The notes beneath the pieces are model-generated. The model had not been told where the DNA came from. It saw only the letters and a program-made list of their open reading frames with translations, and searched no databases. A DNA stretch of 63,813 nucleotides, filler included, from Piptocephalis cylindrospora (taxonomy: Eukaryota): assembly GCA_003614145.1 (NCBI GenBank). It is 3 parts of 3 records of this genome, joined end to end, with 100 filler letters (N's around TTAATTAATTAA, not from the genome) between each part and the next. Parts side by side here need not be neighbours in the genome. Positions count along the whole stretch, not along the records: positions 21,758 to 43,099 come from KZ987807.1; 2 more parts are not named here. One strand, written 5' to 3'. Positions 23,785-37,449 of this stretch are shown here, piece after piece. Made by a program: the position numbers and the translations under genes. The first letter of the stretch is position 1; every line of letters begins with the position of its first letter.

Positions 23785-26336
23785 ATGTCCTCTTCCCTCG
23801 CGTCCTTGGTAAGCTTCATGTGTTTTTTCTTTTTCTTCCTGATAAGGTATTCACGTCTCATCCACTTCCTTCTGGTTGGCAGCGGACGACGTTCAGACGG
23901 GGTCCAACCTCCCTGGCCAGACTTTCTCGTACATATGCTACCACAAGCTCCGCTACCTCTACCTCCTCTGCCATCTCCCAGGTTCCAGCGCCAAAGTACA
24001 CGCAGTTTACTGAGACGCTTCGTCAGGTCAAGTCGTCCCTCGGTGGTCGTCCCCTTACCCTGGCTGAGAAGATCCTTTACTCTCACTTGGCGGACGCGAC
24101 TGTCACTCCTCCAGCTCGGGGTGAGGGCTATCTTAAGCTACGGCCTGACCGTGTGGCTATGCAGGATGCATCGGCGCAGATGGCCTTGCTTCAATTCCAG
24201 TTGGCTCGCCTCCCTACCACTGCTGTCCCCGCCTCCATCCATTGCGATCATCTTATTGTGGCCGAATCGGGAGCGGAAGCCGATGTGGCCCGGTCGATTC
24301 AAGACAATGCCGAGATCTTCAATTTCTTAGAGAGCATGGCCGCCAAGTATGGCATCGCTTTCTGGCGCCCCGGTAGTGGGATCATCCACCAGATTGTTCT
24401 GGAGAATTACGCTGCGCCTGGGACTCTGATGCTCGGTACGGATTCCCACACCCCCAATGCCGGGGGTCTCGGCATGTTGGCCATTGGGGTTGGTGGCGCC
24501 GATGCCGTGGATGCCCTTGCCCACATTCCTTGGGAACTCAAAGCCCCCAAGGTCCTTGGTGTCAGGCTAACCGGGTCCTTGGATGGCTGGACTTCGCCCA
24601 AGGATGTTATCTTGCACCTCGCTGGACAACTAACTGTCCGAGGTGGAACTGGACATATCATCGAGTACTTTGGCCCTGGGGTCTCCTCCCTCTCCTGCAC
24701 TGGCATGGCTACCATGTGCAACATGGGCGCTGAAGTTGGAGCTACCACATCCCTCTTCCCCTACACCCCAGCCATGGCATCTTATCTCAAGGCCACTCGT
24801 CGCTCTCACATGGCCGAAGCAGCCAACGCCGTGGCTAGCGAGTACCTTTCCCCGGACACGGATGTTACTCGGGATCCCAAGAGTTTTTATGATCGCATCA
24901 TCGACATTGACTTGTCCACCCTGAAACCTCATGTGTCTGGGCCAGCTACTCCTGATGCCTCTTTCCCGGTCGCAGAATTTCCCAAGAGGTTACGTGAAGA
25001 AGGTTGGGAGGATCGGCTGAGTGCTGGTCTTATTGGATCCTGCACCAACTCTTCTTACGAAGACATGTCCAGAGCTACTCATCTGGTACAACAGGCTACC
25101 GAGGCTGGCCTTACTCCCAAATCTCCACTCTACGTCACTCCAGGTAGTGAACAGATCCGTGCTACGATGGAGCGGGATGGAATGCTCCAAGTATTTGAGA
25201 AGGCCGGAGCCACTGTCCTCGCCAACGCTTGCGGCCCCTGCATTGGTCAATGGAGGCGTGAGGAGGATGATACTCCGGTCAACGCCGACAACTCTATTCT
25301 TACCAGCTTTAACCGCAACTTCCGCGGCCGTAATGACGGGAACATTAACACCAAGAACTTCCTTGCTGCCCCTGAGCTTGTTACTGCTATGGCCTTTTCT
25401 GGACGCCTCTCTTTTAACCCCGCTACCGATACCCTTCCTCGGCCGGACGGTAAGGGAGAGTTTCGCTTCACTGCTCCCTATGGCGATGAGTTGCCTCAAT
25501 CCGGGTTTGCCCAGGGCCAGGCCGCCTATCGCCCTCCTCCGGCCACCATCCAACCCGATGAATCCGTGAGTGTAAAGGTAGATCCTGAATCTAAGCGCCT
25601 CCAACTCCTAGATCCCTTCTCTGCTTGGGATGGCCAAGAGATCCAGGGTCTCCGGGTCCTCGTTCGTGTCCAGGGCAAGTGTACCACTGATCATATTAGT
25701 GCTGCCGGCCCTTGGCTTAAGTATAAGGGCCACCTGGAAAATATTTCCACAAATCCTCTCTTTGGTGCGCCGGAGCGAGACACTGNNNNNNNNNNAGATA
25801 AGGGCCATCTGGATAATATTTCCAACAAGTCTCTCATTGGTGCGACCAGTCGAGATACTGGCAAGGTCAACACTGTGGTTAATGCCCTGACCGGGGAAGA
25901 GGGCACGATCCCTGAGGTGGCCAAAGCCTACAAAGCTTCAGGTGAATCCTGGGCCGTGGTCGCAGACCACAACTACGGAGAGGGCTCGGCCAGGGAGCAT
26001 GCGGCGATGCAGCCCAGGTTCCTCGGGTGTAAGCTCATTATCGCCCGGTCCTTTGCTCGGATCCACGAAACCAATCTGAAGAAGCAAGGCGTCCTTCCCG
26101 TCACTCTTCAGGACGAGGCAGACTATGAGCTGTTTGAACAAGGCAGTGTCGTGGAAACCATTGGCCTCCCCGACCTGATCAAAAACCCCAAGGGTAATGA
26201 TGGGACCCTGCAGCTACGGATCACCCCGGCTGATGGGTCCAACCCTCGGGTCATTCCCGTGACACACACAATGAGTGTGGATCAGCTCGGCTGGTTTTCC
26301 TCTGGTAGCGCCCTTAACCGCATTGCTCAAGGATAA
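23785..26336 (+). CDS. ACO2: Mitochondrial aconitase-family protein, ACO2 type (homocitrate dehydratase-like)
   Basis: Exon 1 MSSSLASL plus a probable intron 23809-23882 yields an Arg/Ser/Thr-rich targeting peptide. Motifs [13 protein letters not shown] (ACO2-type), [22 protein letters not shown] and [11 protein letters not shown] 10-N gap at 25786-25795 has duplicated flanks. Confidence 0.9.
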
Positions 26337-26496
26337 ATCGATGGGAGAGATGGGTAGGGCTGCCTGAGGCGAGATATTATTGTTAGGGAAAACAAAAATG
26401 GACGCGTGTGAAGTAGAAATGATAAATACAGGACGCTTCATTTTCATTCATTCTCACTCTCCTTCATTTTCTTTCCCTTATCCGTTAGGGACATGT

Positions 26497-29400
26497 CTAT
26501 TCTGTTAGAGAAGGGGTGGAAAGGCGAGTGACAGCGGGAGATGAGGTGGTAGAAGAGGTAATGGGGAGGCCACCGAGGGACACGGAGGAGGAGATAGTGG
26601 CTCCACCTTGAGTAGGCATCCCAGCCTGATCAGTCGTCGTTGTCGTCGCCGTATCCGTGGAAGACCCTTCGGTGGGAGGGGCAGGGGGCTTCCAATTGTA
26701 CTTCCAGCCTTGGACGTAGATGTCCTCGAGGATCTGCTCAAAGGTGCCTTCCGCCTCGAGCTCGAGATACTTGTGGTAGATGGCAAGGGCGGTACGGGCA
26801 TCCTCAATGGAGTCGTGATTCCCAGTCTGGATATGCTGGTCGAGGAGGCACCAAGCCAAGAACCGAAGGGATATCTTCCGTTGACGGTCCTTGATGTGGA
26901 AGATGTCCACGGTATCGATGACCTGGGAGGGAGGGACGAGGATGTTGATGATGCGAAAGTCCTTACGTAATCCATGTCCGATAAAGACGCACCCGGCATC
27001 CAGGAGGAGACGAAGCTTTTTATATGCATATTTGAGCGGGACAAGCGTACGAGTTGAAACAGCTGGGTCTAAGTCGCCTTCCTGGATTCCGGAGAACTCC
27101 GTAAGATAATCTACGACGGGCTCCGTAGTGACAATGTAATCATCCATCAGGGGCACACTGTACCGAGGGCCTAGCTCACCCCGTACCACGGAAACCCGGG
27201 CCAGGCCCTGCCGCTGGGGACGTTGAATGATGACGGCACCATCCCGCCGCACTTCGGTCTCTTCCTGGCTTAAAGCAATGAACTCAGCATCAATAGCTAC
27301 CAACATCCCAGGTTGCACCTCTTCAGGAGTCAGCGGCTGCATGTCTCCAACCTTCTTTTGTCCTCCTTTACTCGATCCATTCCTAAAAAGAAGAAGGAGG
27401 AACTTGTGTTAGAAGAAATAATAGAAGGAGAGAGAGGGTCAGAGAAAGATAGCGTACTTGGCCACGCTATATTCCTTGTATAGGACTGAGAGATCTGGAG
27501 AGGTGGGGGGGGACCGTCGACTCTGGGCCTTCCTGGCTCTCTTTTCCTTGGAAGTTTCACGTTTCCTTATCTCCACAGGAGCCAAATCCCCCACAGTACC
27601 ATCACTTTCCTCTCCCTTCATTTTGGCCTCTTCCTTTTTCACTTTGACTTCTTCATCCCCCTCCTCCTTTTTGGCATCTTCTATCCTAGGAGTATGTAGC
27701 TTTCCCTCTTCTGAGCTCCCCTCTCCCCCAGTAGGGGATTCGGGCTTGGGCGGGACCTCAACGTAAAAGACCAGGGCAGGAAGCCTCCAGGAGGCATCGA
27801 TGGATGTGACCTCTTCTTGTGGGATGGGTCGAACGAGAAAGTCATTAAAGAGATGCCAATTATCTGTAGCTTCGGGACGAGCCGTGGGATCACTGGTATG
27901 GATATGGGAGACGAGATGGGGAATTTCCTCCAAGGGCTGAATCTGACTGATACAACTCTGAAGGGCATACACCTTGGCCGAGGGCCCCATCCCTTCCAAA
28001 TCAACCCCGGGCTTGGCCTCAGCCCCATTAGGCCCATCGACAGTCAGGGCCATATGGGTAGGGAGCCACGGGAGGGATTGCCCGCGTTTCAGGCCCATCC
28101 ACCCAGTGCCATCGGCCTTTTGGACAGCGGTTGTGTTGATCACCAAATAAGGAGGAAGGGGAGCAAGGACGGATCGTTGTTGCACAGTGGCTCGATAGGC
28201 TTTACACTGGCCACACCAAGCCTTTCCAGGCCCTTCCCGGGAGAGAGCAGCATGCAAGGCTTCAACTAGCCCATTGGTAAGCTTAGTGGAACCGAGGTTA
28301 TCGTAGGTGTAGGACAAGTCAAGGGAGAAGGGCAAGGAGGACCTGGAAGATTCATGCTTACACATCCCACACCGGCTGGTTTGATCTGTGGAAATACCAA
28401 ACAGCCCCTGAATGTCAGACTGTCGGGAAACAGAACTCTGAGAGGAAGGGGTGGTGGTGGCAGTGGAGGAAGAGGAGGAAGCCGGGGGAGAAGATCGCTT
28501 TCCCGAGCCCTTTCCTGATGTAGTTTGTGGGGTTGTAAGCTCAAAATGAATCTGCTCAAGAAGAAAGCGGTTCAAGGATTGAACAAGGGCAGCATAGGAG
28601 GTGGAGGCATCAGGGATCTCAGGTTCAAAGAGACCAAGGGCGCTAACCTGGGGAATGGCACTAAAAGCACGGAGAAAGTTACTGGCATGGCAATTCCTCC
28701 CCCCAGAATCCTGGAGCATGGAGAAGAGAAAGCCTAGTTCACAGGAAAGACACGGATCCCGGGAGCAAGCGGACCCGGAGTGACGAACAAGGAGAGCGCG
28801 GAGGGCCGGGAGGAAGAAGAGGGACTGAAGAAGGGCATTACAATAGGAGTGAGCAATATGGGTCTCGAGCCCACCAAAACGAGTCTGATTGTAGAATCCA
28901 AAGTCAAAATCCTCGACGCCGAAGCGACTGTACTTGATCTCAAAGATTTTATAATACTTTGGCATGGTCGTCCCCTGGAGAAACTGGGCCAGATGACCCT
29001 TGGAAAAAGGCCCCTTTCCGCGGGATGAAGAGGAGGAAGAAGAGGTGATGGAGTTGCGTGAATCGGGCCTCCCATCCACAGTACCATCTTTCAGGGAGGC
29101 ACCGGTCTCTGGAGCGCCATCCCTCCCCTCCTCATCGGAACCATTAGCATCTCGAGAACCTTGATGACCACTACCGGGAAGGGACTGGGAGGAAGTGAGT
29201 CTCCTGCCCTGGAGACGCTCCTTGGCCACTTCGCTATGGAAGAGGGGCACTTCACTCTCCCTTCGCTGCCGTGTATAGGGGGTACGCGAGTTGCGGGGAG
29301 GGATGGAGGCAGAGGTCGTGGCGGACATGCCGGTAGCGGGGACAGACCCAGACAAGGAGGGAGTGGGAGCACGAAGGGGCTGACGAAGTCTACGGGGACC

Positions 29401-30741
29401 CAAGGGGTTTTGAGCATAGCCGATAAAGTCCACCTTGCGCATGGAGGACAGGATGTGGGGATCGATGGGGTCGGCGGGCCGGGAGGGCTCACAGGTCAGT
29501 TGGGGATGCAAAGCACTGAGCAAGGGTTCATCATAATCGGGAACCCCATGGGCATTCAAGGGTATTTGAGCATCATCAGCATGGAAAGGAACAGGATCAG
29601 GGATGTGCGGATGAACTGAAGCAGGAGGGATAAATGAATCGGTTGGGAGGGGAGGGAGGGATAGAAGGGCATTGGCCTGAGGGTCTTCGGTGGAAGACCA
29701 AGACTGAAGCATGCCAGTGGAGTCGACGAGGGCAATGAGCTCTCCAGACGAGGATAGATCCATAGAGGCGAGAGAGGAGGATATGGATTGGTAGAAGGAG
29801 GGCATTTTAGTAGGCTCCTTGACGTTAAGGACCTGAAAGCCCCCAGTCTGGGTCCCAACCATGATATCATCGCCCCCTGTGTAACTTGGAGAAGCGCTTC
29901 GACCCCGAAGAAGAGTTGGAATGGCGGGAAAGGGGATATGGGAGATGGGTTGAAAGGTGCGCACGTCAAAGAGCTTTACCACCGGTTCAGGTTGCAAGGA
30001 TCCATGCCTAGTTGGTTGAAAGATATGGGAATGAGACAAGGGGTCGGCCGCTATAGCGCATGACACTAATGGCCTCTCTATCTGCCCAAAGACTTACTCC
30101 ATGGAAAAGCCACAAGTGGCCATGGTGTATCCAGTCATGGTAATGTCGGACATGGAGCCAGTATGGGCCTGAAGGGTCTTTTCTACCTTAAGCGTACGGA
30201 TGTCCCGGAGAGAAAGGTGGCCCGAGGGGCCTCCGCCAAGGATGTATCCATCACCGCGATGCATCATGGTAATCTGGCCATCGCAGGGAGTCCGCCGGAT
30301 GATGGTGCCACGGGCCATGCTGAGAAGTAGAGCATCCCGCTGAAGGCCGGTCACCACGACCTCATCCTTATTCGCAGCCACACATCCAGTGTAGAGCTCG
30401 CCAAAGGGTTCAGACACAGTCCATTGGGCAAGTCCCCGACGGTTGGTGAGACGAACAGAGTCGGCGGCAATAGACAGAACACCGGATCGTAAGGGCTGGA
30501 GGTGGCGGACCGAAGAGGCGTGGGCCCGAAAGGCTGAGTATCTGATGAGTTCAGGCCCGAGGTACGAGGCGATCCGGCCCTTCTCGTCGGCCGTCCAAAC
30601 CAACTCGACATCCGGGTCAAAAGCTACCTGGGTCAGTGGGACGGGGATGGGGGCAGTATAGGAAGAATCGTAGAGACTGGTGTAGAGGGACCAGTGGGCC
30701 TGGTCAGTGTCCGTCTGACCTTGCGGATCGGACAAGGACAT
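26497..30741 (-). CDS. PAN2: PAN2 poly(A) deadenylase subunit (WD40 + pseudo-UCH + DEDDh nuclease), 3 exons
   Basis: WD40 region (30741-29700); IKYSRFGVEDFDFGFYNQTRFGGLETHIAHSYCN; nuclease VAIDAEFIAL, GHGLRKDFRIIN, HDSIEDARTAL. Confidence 0.95.
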
Positions 30742-31576
30742 TGTAAAGGATGGTGGGGGAGGGAAGGAGATTGGTGGTGGAGGGGAGAAGGAAGGATAGA
30801 GGGGGAGGGCTGATGAAGTAGCATCAGTGAGGATGGGGAAGCGGAGTCCCTGTACGTCTCTCCTCTGTGTGAGGGTGTGTGCATGGGAGCTTGAGTCCAG
30901 GGGAGGAAGGACAGCAGTAAGAGTGATAATAATACCCAATTTGGCTGATTTTTCATATGCCGTTATTACCACCAACATGGACGTTTCATGTCGACAGCTA
31001 TTCCATTTACCGGGCTATTAAGGGGATACTTCTAGACATGAGGTCGTAGGTGATCGTGGCGAGCAACGGGAGGCTACGAATTGCCTGGGTCAATGTTCCA
31101 ACATGTATCACATCTAATATGTTCCTTTATACGTCATACTGATGGTGATCTTTGTAGTAAACAGTAAACAGTGACGGTGATCTTTGTGTTTCTCAAGTAT
31201 CCACTACAATGCCACTTTATCTTTGCCGTCTTGATGCTTAAGTCATAAAGTACATATTTATTTTGCAAACTCTGACAAGTGGTGAGATGATCATGGTTGA
31301 ACCGCATCCGAATTGATGGGTGCCTGGTTGTGGGGAGTGGGGCAGCAGGGAGTGGAGTGAGGTGCTTCAAGTAAATGTGTGCGGGGTTCACACACGCCGC
31401 TCACCGGAGACCGCCCACACATTTTCGTCATTCCCACCACAACTACCCCCTAGGTATAAAAGGATGAGAGGGAGATCGCGTCGACCATAGGGCTTAGGCA
31501 ACCCTCACACTCTCCTCTTCTCTCTCTCCCCCCCCCGAACTACCCTGTCATCATCATCCTGATACTTTTTCCTCCC

Positions 31577-32352
31577 ATGGTTCGTCTATCCCTTTTAGCC
31601 ATTGCCTCCATTGGTCTTTGGACCATTACCTCCCTTTCTGAGGGCGTCGATGCCCTTAAGGAGGCCCCCACCTCTCTAGTTATTGGTAGGTGTAGACGGA
31701 CAAAGAGATGGCTAGGGGTGCCAACTCCCCTCAAACGCCACTCACCACGACATTTTTTTCCGCATTTTTTTGGATACAGGCACCAAGAAGCGCGTTAATT
31801 GCAAGCGTCCCGCAACCAAGGGAGATAAACTGGATATGCACTACACTGGAACCCTATTTGATACGGGTAAGAAGTTTGACTCTTCCCACGATCGGAACAC
31901 TCCTCTTTCCTTTACCCTTGGTGTGGGTCAAGTGATCAAGGGATGGGATCAAGGGATTCTTGGGTAAGATCATTCATGGAGAGAAAAGAGGAGGGAGAGG
32001 ATGAAGATGGGTGAATGTCATTCTCACGGCTCAACATCCAATTGTGCGGTATAGGATGTGCCCAGGCGAGCAAAGAAAGCTTCAGATTCCCCCAGAGCTC
32101 GCTTATGGTGAGCGCGGATCACCCCCGGTTATCCCGGCCAATGCCGCTCTCGTCTTTGAGATTGAGTTAATCAAGATCCGTGGCGTTGATCCCGAGCCCA
32201 CTGAGGAGGAAGAAGAGGAGGAAGCTAGGCCCGTGGAGGATGTGGAGGAGGAAGCTGCCAAGAAGGAGGAGGAGGACGGGACTCAGGCGGCTGTCAAGGA
32301 TGAGAAAAAAGAAGATGAGACTGAGCAGGCCGAAGGGAAGGATGAGCTCTAG
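31577..32352 (+). CDS. FPR2: ER FKBP-type peptidyl-prolyl isomerase (FKBP2/FPR2), 3 exons
   Basis: Signal peptide; [42 protein letters not shown]; acidic tail ending KDEL; introns ~31686-31779 and ~31963-32054; TATAAAA near 31455. Confidence 0.93.
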
Positions 32353-32828
32353 TCATGTCATTCAGTGGCAAGACACAATCCTCCTTTTTCTTTCCCCATC
32401 AGTCTCAAGCGTTCTCCTAGAAAAGCCGTCTATGAGGCTGTTCATGGAGCATGATGCTACCTTGAACTTTTCAATAGCGATTAGTGATTACATGACTATG
32501 ATCCATGGACTAATGCTCTAGATGGTCGAATGATTTGACGATTGACTTTTCTTTCATTCTTCGCTGCTCTTATCCTGAATGATGATACGAGCTCCTAGAG
32601 GCTTACTGGGATAGTGGTGATCGATGTACCGGGGACGGATATTTTAGAAGCATTTAAGGGAAGTGGCTTAGACACAGACATCGGCAGGCCAGCTGCCGCA
32701 ATCTGGTAAACATTAGATCTCCATCCATATATCTGGGACAGCTACCTACCACTATCCTACCAACCCACATGTCTGCACATGGACATCCGCTAGCAGAATG
32801 ATGGTCGAGGTGCGTGTCCTTTCATAGC

Positions 32829-32898
32829 GTGTGCCCGTGTTTGGGCGTGTGTGTGTTCGTGTGTTCGTGTGTTCGTGTGTTCGTGTTCGTGTGTGTGT

Positions 32899-32949
<51 letters not shown>
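32829..32949. repeat. Compound (GT)n / (GTGTTCGT)n microsatellite
   Basis: Visible tandem repeat. Confidence 0.95.
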
Positions 32950-32951
<2 letters not shown>

Positions 32952-33218
32952 TGGTGAGGATATGGGTTGGACAGAAAGCAGAGGGGCACAAGCGTGGCCC
33001 TCATCCCTCCACAACCCATGATCATCCAGTGTCATCCCACCTATCAGCCATTTTGCCCAAGGTCAATGACCTTCCATCTCGTCCTTGCTTCCTTTCCTTC
33101 CTCCCCATCCCCCTTTATTTCCCGCACCATCAACTGGACCCACGTCTCGTCTCAATTCATCTCCTGTTAATCCTCCTTGTTCTCTCCAGTTTCTCTCGAC
33201 CTTTTCCATCCGTATACC

Positions 33219-35732
33219 ATGACGCTAGAGACCCAAGGTCTCAAGGGAGCACTGGCTAGTGCTTTCGACCCGGGTCTTGAACCCCCCCTGCCTTGCTCCC
33301 ATTTCCCTTCGTGGAAGAGCAAGGTAGGGGAGACCCTTATCCCCAACTTGGCTACCTCCCTTCGTCTTGCCCATCTACAGGACCATCGGTCCTTTCTTCC
33401 TCGATCTTCCATGGTAGGGTGCCATTGTCCTGGCATGACCCATGTCTTACGACCTCTCCTTCCCCCTCCTTCTACACTAAATCCCTTCTTCCATCCTTTA
33501 GGTGCCATTATTGACGTGTAGTTGGTGCAGAGGGGTCAGGAGAATATTCACGTGTCTAGAGTGTCCGGCCGTAGTGTGCGCTGGTGAGGGGCACTTGGAG
33601 GAGCATCAGAGAAAGGCCGGCCATACCTTTGGTGCGTTGTACCTACCCTGTGGGGAGGGTGAGGGGAGAGGAGGGGCAAATGGCAAAGTTGGCTCATCCT
33701 TCTCCATCGGTCATCTCCATGACCATACCACTAGCTTTGGAAGTCAGACTAAAGACCATGTGGTGTGCAAAGTGCCGGGATAGCGTGTACTCTGCCGAGG
33801 TGGACCGGCTAAATGATCGAATTGGCACCGAAACAACTAGGCTCATATCCATCCTTTCAGGTAAGAGGGAGATGAAGGGAGGAATGATGAGAGGAGCTCT
33901 GTTTCCGCATATATCCCGACCACTCGATCGGATTCGGTTATTAAGACCCACTCTCTTGTCATGTAGGGAAAGGATCCATTAGACCGCGTACTCCCTATTG
34001 GAAACCTAGATCCGAGGAGCGGCAATTGCTACGAAAGCACGCTACTCCTTTACCATGTCCACGTAGGCCCCCCCCCCCCCTGTATATTTCATTTACCTTG
34101 GCTCGTGACTCATCCTCTCCCCTATACAGGATTCCGAGGGCTGAGAAATCTTGGATCCACCTGCTTTCTCTCCTCTGTCACTCAAATGTTCCTACATAAT
34201 CCTCTCATGAGATCTTATTTTCTATCTGGAGGACACGCCGGGGCAGGAGCTGAACAATGCAGCGTGCGTGAAAGGAAGGGTGCATGTTTTTCCTGTGAGA
34301 TGGACGCCCTCTTCGCCCAAATTTGGGGAGGAAACCGGAGAAGATTGACTAAGGCTGAGGAAGCTGAGGCGGAAAATCACGTGGTCATCCACCATCCCCT
34401 ACCTACCCCGCAAGGGTCGGATACAGGTGCCTCATCTCCCCTGGAAACCTCCTCCCATAGCGACCCCTCACCCTTTTCCACAGGATGGGACGATCGGTCG
34501 GGTAAGGCCACCAGGAGACGAGGATTGAAGGAGGTGGATACGGAGGGTGGAGTGGCCCCTACCGGCGTCATCTGGACCCTATGGGGCGCGGGCCATCGAC
34601 AGGCCGATGGATTAGATTCTGGACCCCTTAGTCCCACTTCCCTGGCTGGCTATGCCCAGCAGGATGCCCATGAATACTTCATCACCGCCCTCAACATGCT
34701 ACACTCTTCCACCTCAGGATGTAGGGAAGATGGTCGATGCACCTGTATCGTTCATACCCTCTTCTCAGGAGTCCTCGGTAGCCAAATCCGATGTGACCGA
34801 TGCGAAAACGCCACTCTAACTCTAGATCCCATTCTGGACCTTTCCTTGGACATTCATCCGGAGGATCAGGAGGGCGAGGGCTCCCCAAATCCTCTCTTGG
34901 CACTCGGGGACTGCATTGATCGTTACACCCGAGAGGAGAGGTTAAAGGGAATGAATTACACGTGTGGCAAGTGCGGCTACGCATCCAAGGTAAGGAAAGT
35001 GGACGTGATCAAAGGATATACAACATTTTGCCTAATCTGTCCCGAGTAGGAGGTATCCAAGCAAATGTCTATTCATCGTCTTCCCACTGTACTGCACATC
35101 CAACTTAAGGTACGTGTGGAGAGAGGAAGGGAAGATATGAATGAAGAGATATTGAGATATTAATGAAGTTCCTCATTTTAGCGCTTCAAGCACGGGTACC
35201 ATGGTGGGGAAAAGCTAGAAAGTCCTGTTTCCTTGCCTCATGTCATCGACATGACCCCCTATACAACAGATGGGATTAATGCCCGTCGTCGGGGAGGCCG
35301 CATGTACGTTGATGTAGGGCAGAGATGGATATTCAATGTTACTCATGCCCATGTACTCCCATACCCAATAGGTCATCTCCTCTGGAGAATCGGTATCGAC
35401 TTTTCGGTCTAGTGTGCCATCAGGGAAAGATGGACACGGGCCATTACACTGCATATATCATCATCCGTGGCCAGGTGAGTGTGATCTATGAAAGGGGATG
35501 AGCCCATCTCTTACCCTTCCATCCCCTCCGGTAGTGGTACCACTTTGATGACCACATGGTCCGATCTGCCAGCGAGGCTGAGGTGTCCAAGGCCAATGGG
35601 TACGTATTGCCGGTGAGGAGAGAGGAGGGAAAGGACATAAAGATGAACCAAATCTAAGCCTATCCCCTCCTCCACCCTTATAGGTACATGTGTTGCTACA
35701 TGCAAGAGCGGATTGTGAGATCAAGTGAATAG
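33219..35732 (+). CDS. UBP8: Ubiquitin-specific protease, UBP8/USP22-like (ZnF-UBP + USP), multi-exon
   Basis: N-terminal zinc-finger fragments (C..C, TCLEC, HLEEH, WCAKCRD); Cys box GLRNLGSTCFLS; QQDAHEYF; His box GHYTAYI; WYHFDD. Exon borders approximate. Confidence 0.85.
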
Positions 35733-35993
35733 CTCCCGACTAAGCAACAAGATGTGGGGGAATGGGGCAATGTCTTTCATCGAATAGAGAATTACCGTGA
35801 TGCTGATTTACTGCTCTCTCCCCCTCTTCCCCCTCCCGGATGCCTTAATACACATGAATGAGGCATGAAGGGAGTAGATGCGCATGATGATGCGTCAAAG
35901 GGAACGCATACTCATTTCAAAAAGACCTGATACCAATTATCTCTCCGGTATTTGTATAAAGCCTATATACCGAGGATTAATGACACCTCCCGC

Positions 35994-36973
35994 CTACTCC
36001 TTGGGGCCTAAGGTGTTTCGCCAAAAGGACTCGATAGCTGCCCAGTATCCGGGCTGGACGCAGGCATCATTGTGTGTGCCCTCTGCCAAGATCACCCGCT
36101 TCTTGACCCCAGTGGTGTCCAGCCGATTGTATAGTTCCTCAAAGTGCGTGGGCGGGATGAGAGTGTCCTTGGCTGAGGCCAAGAAAAGGGCGTGGACCCG
36201 CCGAATCTTCCGGATCTCACTTCCTGAATCCCAGATTTGGTGGCATAAGGCCGCAAAGGGCCGAGCAATGGGCATAACATAGGGGATAAGTTCGGGAAGG
36301 CTAAGAAAGGTGTTTTCGAGTATCATCCCGTGAATCTTGTCTTCGTACCGGGCAGCCAGGTTAATGGCGACAGCCCCTCCGATACTTTGGCCAAATAGAA
36401 CGACCCGAGTACCCCGGAGGAGTGCGTGCTCCTCAATGAACTCGAGGATGGCTCCTGCATCAATCCGCATCCCCTTCTCGGAAGGGCTTCCCTCACTCAG
36501 ACCATAGCCCCGGTAAGACAGCATGACAATATTGCACTGGCAAAGGTCGTAGAACCTCTTGGCCAGCGGTAGGCGGTGCCCCATATTCCCAGCATTAGCA
36601 TGGAGGTACAAAAGGGTATCGGCCTTCTGGGTCTGTGCTTCGGTGTCTCGGGTGATAACATAGGCACGAATTTTTACATTATCTTTGGTTCGCAGGGCCA
36701 CATCCTCGTAAGGCATACCATACTCGGAGGGCAAGTCCACCTAATGAGAGGAGGAAGGGATTAAGATGAGGGGAGGAGAGGAGAGGAGAGGGTACCCAGA
36801 CAGGAAGAGTGTATATGGGTTCTGGAGACACGCACCTTGCTCCGGGAACCCTCGGGGAAACTCGCGGGGTAGATGAGGCTACATTGGTAATGGTAAAGAA
36901 CACCAACCAGGACGGCGGCCAGGCCCACCACGGCGTATCCAGTGCCTTGAAGGAAACCAAGTAAATCGGGCAT
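35994..36973 (-). CDS. bem46: Bem46/ABHD13-family alpha/beta hydrolase
   Basis: N-terminal TM segment plus YQCSLIYP; HANAGNMGHRLP; GQSIGGA nucleophile elbow; ENTFLS; GTHND; one intron ~36835-36741. Confidence 0.92.
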
Positions 36974-37449
36974 GGCTGGGATAAAGTTGTTGTTGCTGGA
37001 GAGGGGAGAAGAGAAATGGTCACTTGGCTGGCGGAGTGATGGACAAGCTGGGATTTTCTTTCCATGCACTCCAGGGGAACGGACGCCAAGGCACTAGAGT
37101 GCGCCGCTGTGGCTTTTCTATACTGCTTTCAGGAAACATCACAGCATATGAGCTAGTCCAATTAGTAAAGGTCAATTTGTTGTTGATCAAGATAAGAGAG
37201 ATGTGTTGAGAACTGGTTAGAGCCTATTCACTTTTTCCTAAATGATACCCATGGCCCATGATTAAAGTCATTTTTCGAGAGCAAAATGACGGAAAAGATA
37301 CAGATGATCTACCGTGCGCTATTCCTGCCAACACGAATCATTACATAACTCGCCAATTAAGAAAAATGATCTATATAAGAGCAAATCAAATGGTTTCGCA
37401 AGTCGATCCTTCTTTTCCTCCGTCCAGGACGGATGATTAGTGACCAAGC

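Noticed and set aside
25725..25860. Apparent tandem duplication of KGHLxNIS..GA...DT inside the aconitase
   Set aside because: The two copies flank a 10-N gap and both deviate from the conserved motif, which points to unmerged low-quality contig ends rather than a real duplication.
32752..33259. His/Thr- and Val/Cys-repeat ORFs
   Set aside because: Translations of the GT/CA microsatellite; the same applies at 21458-21709.
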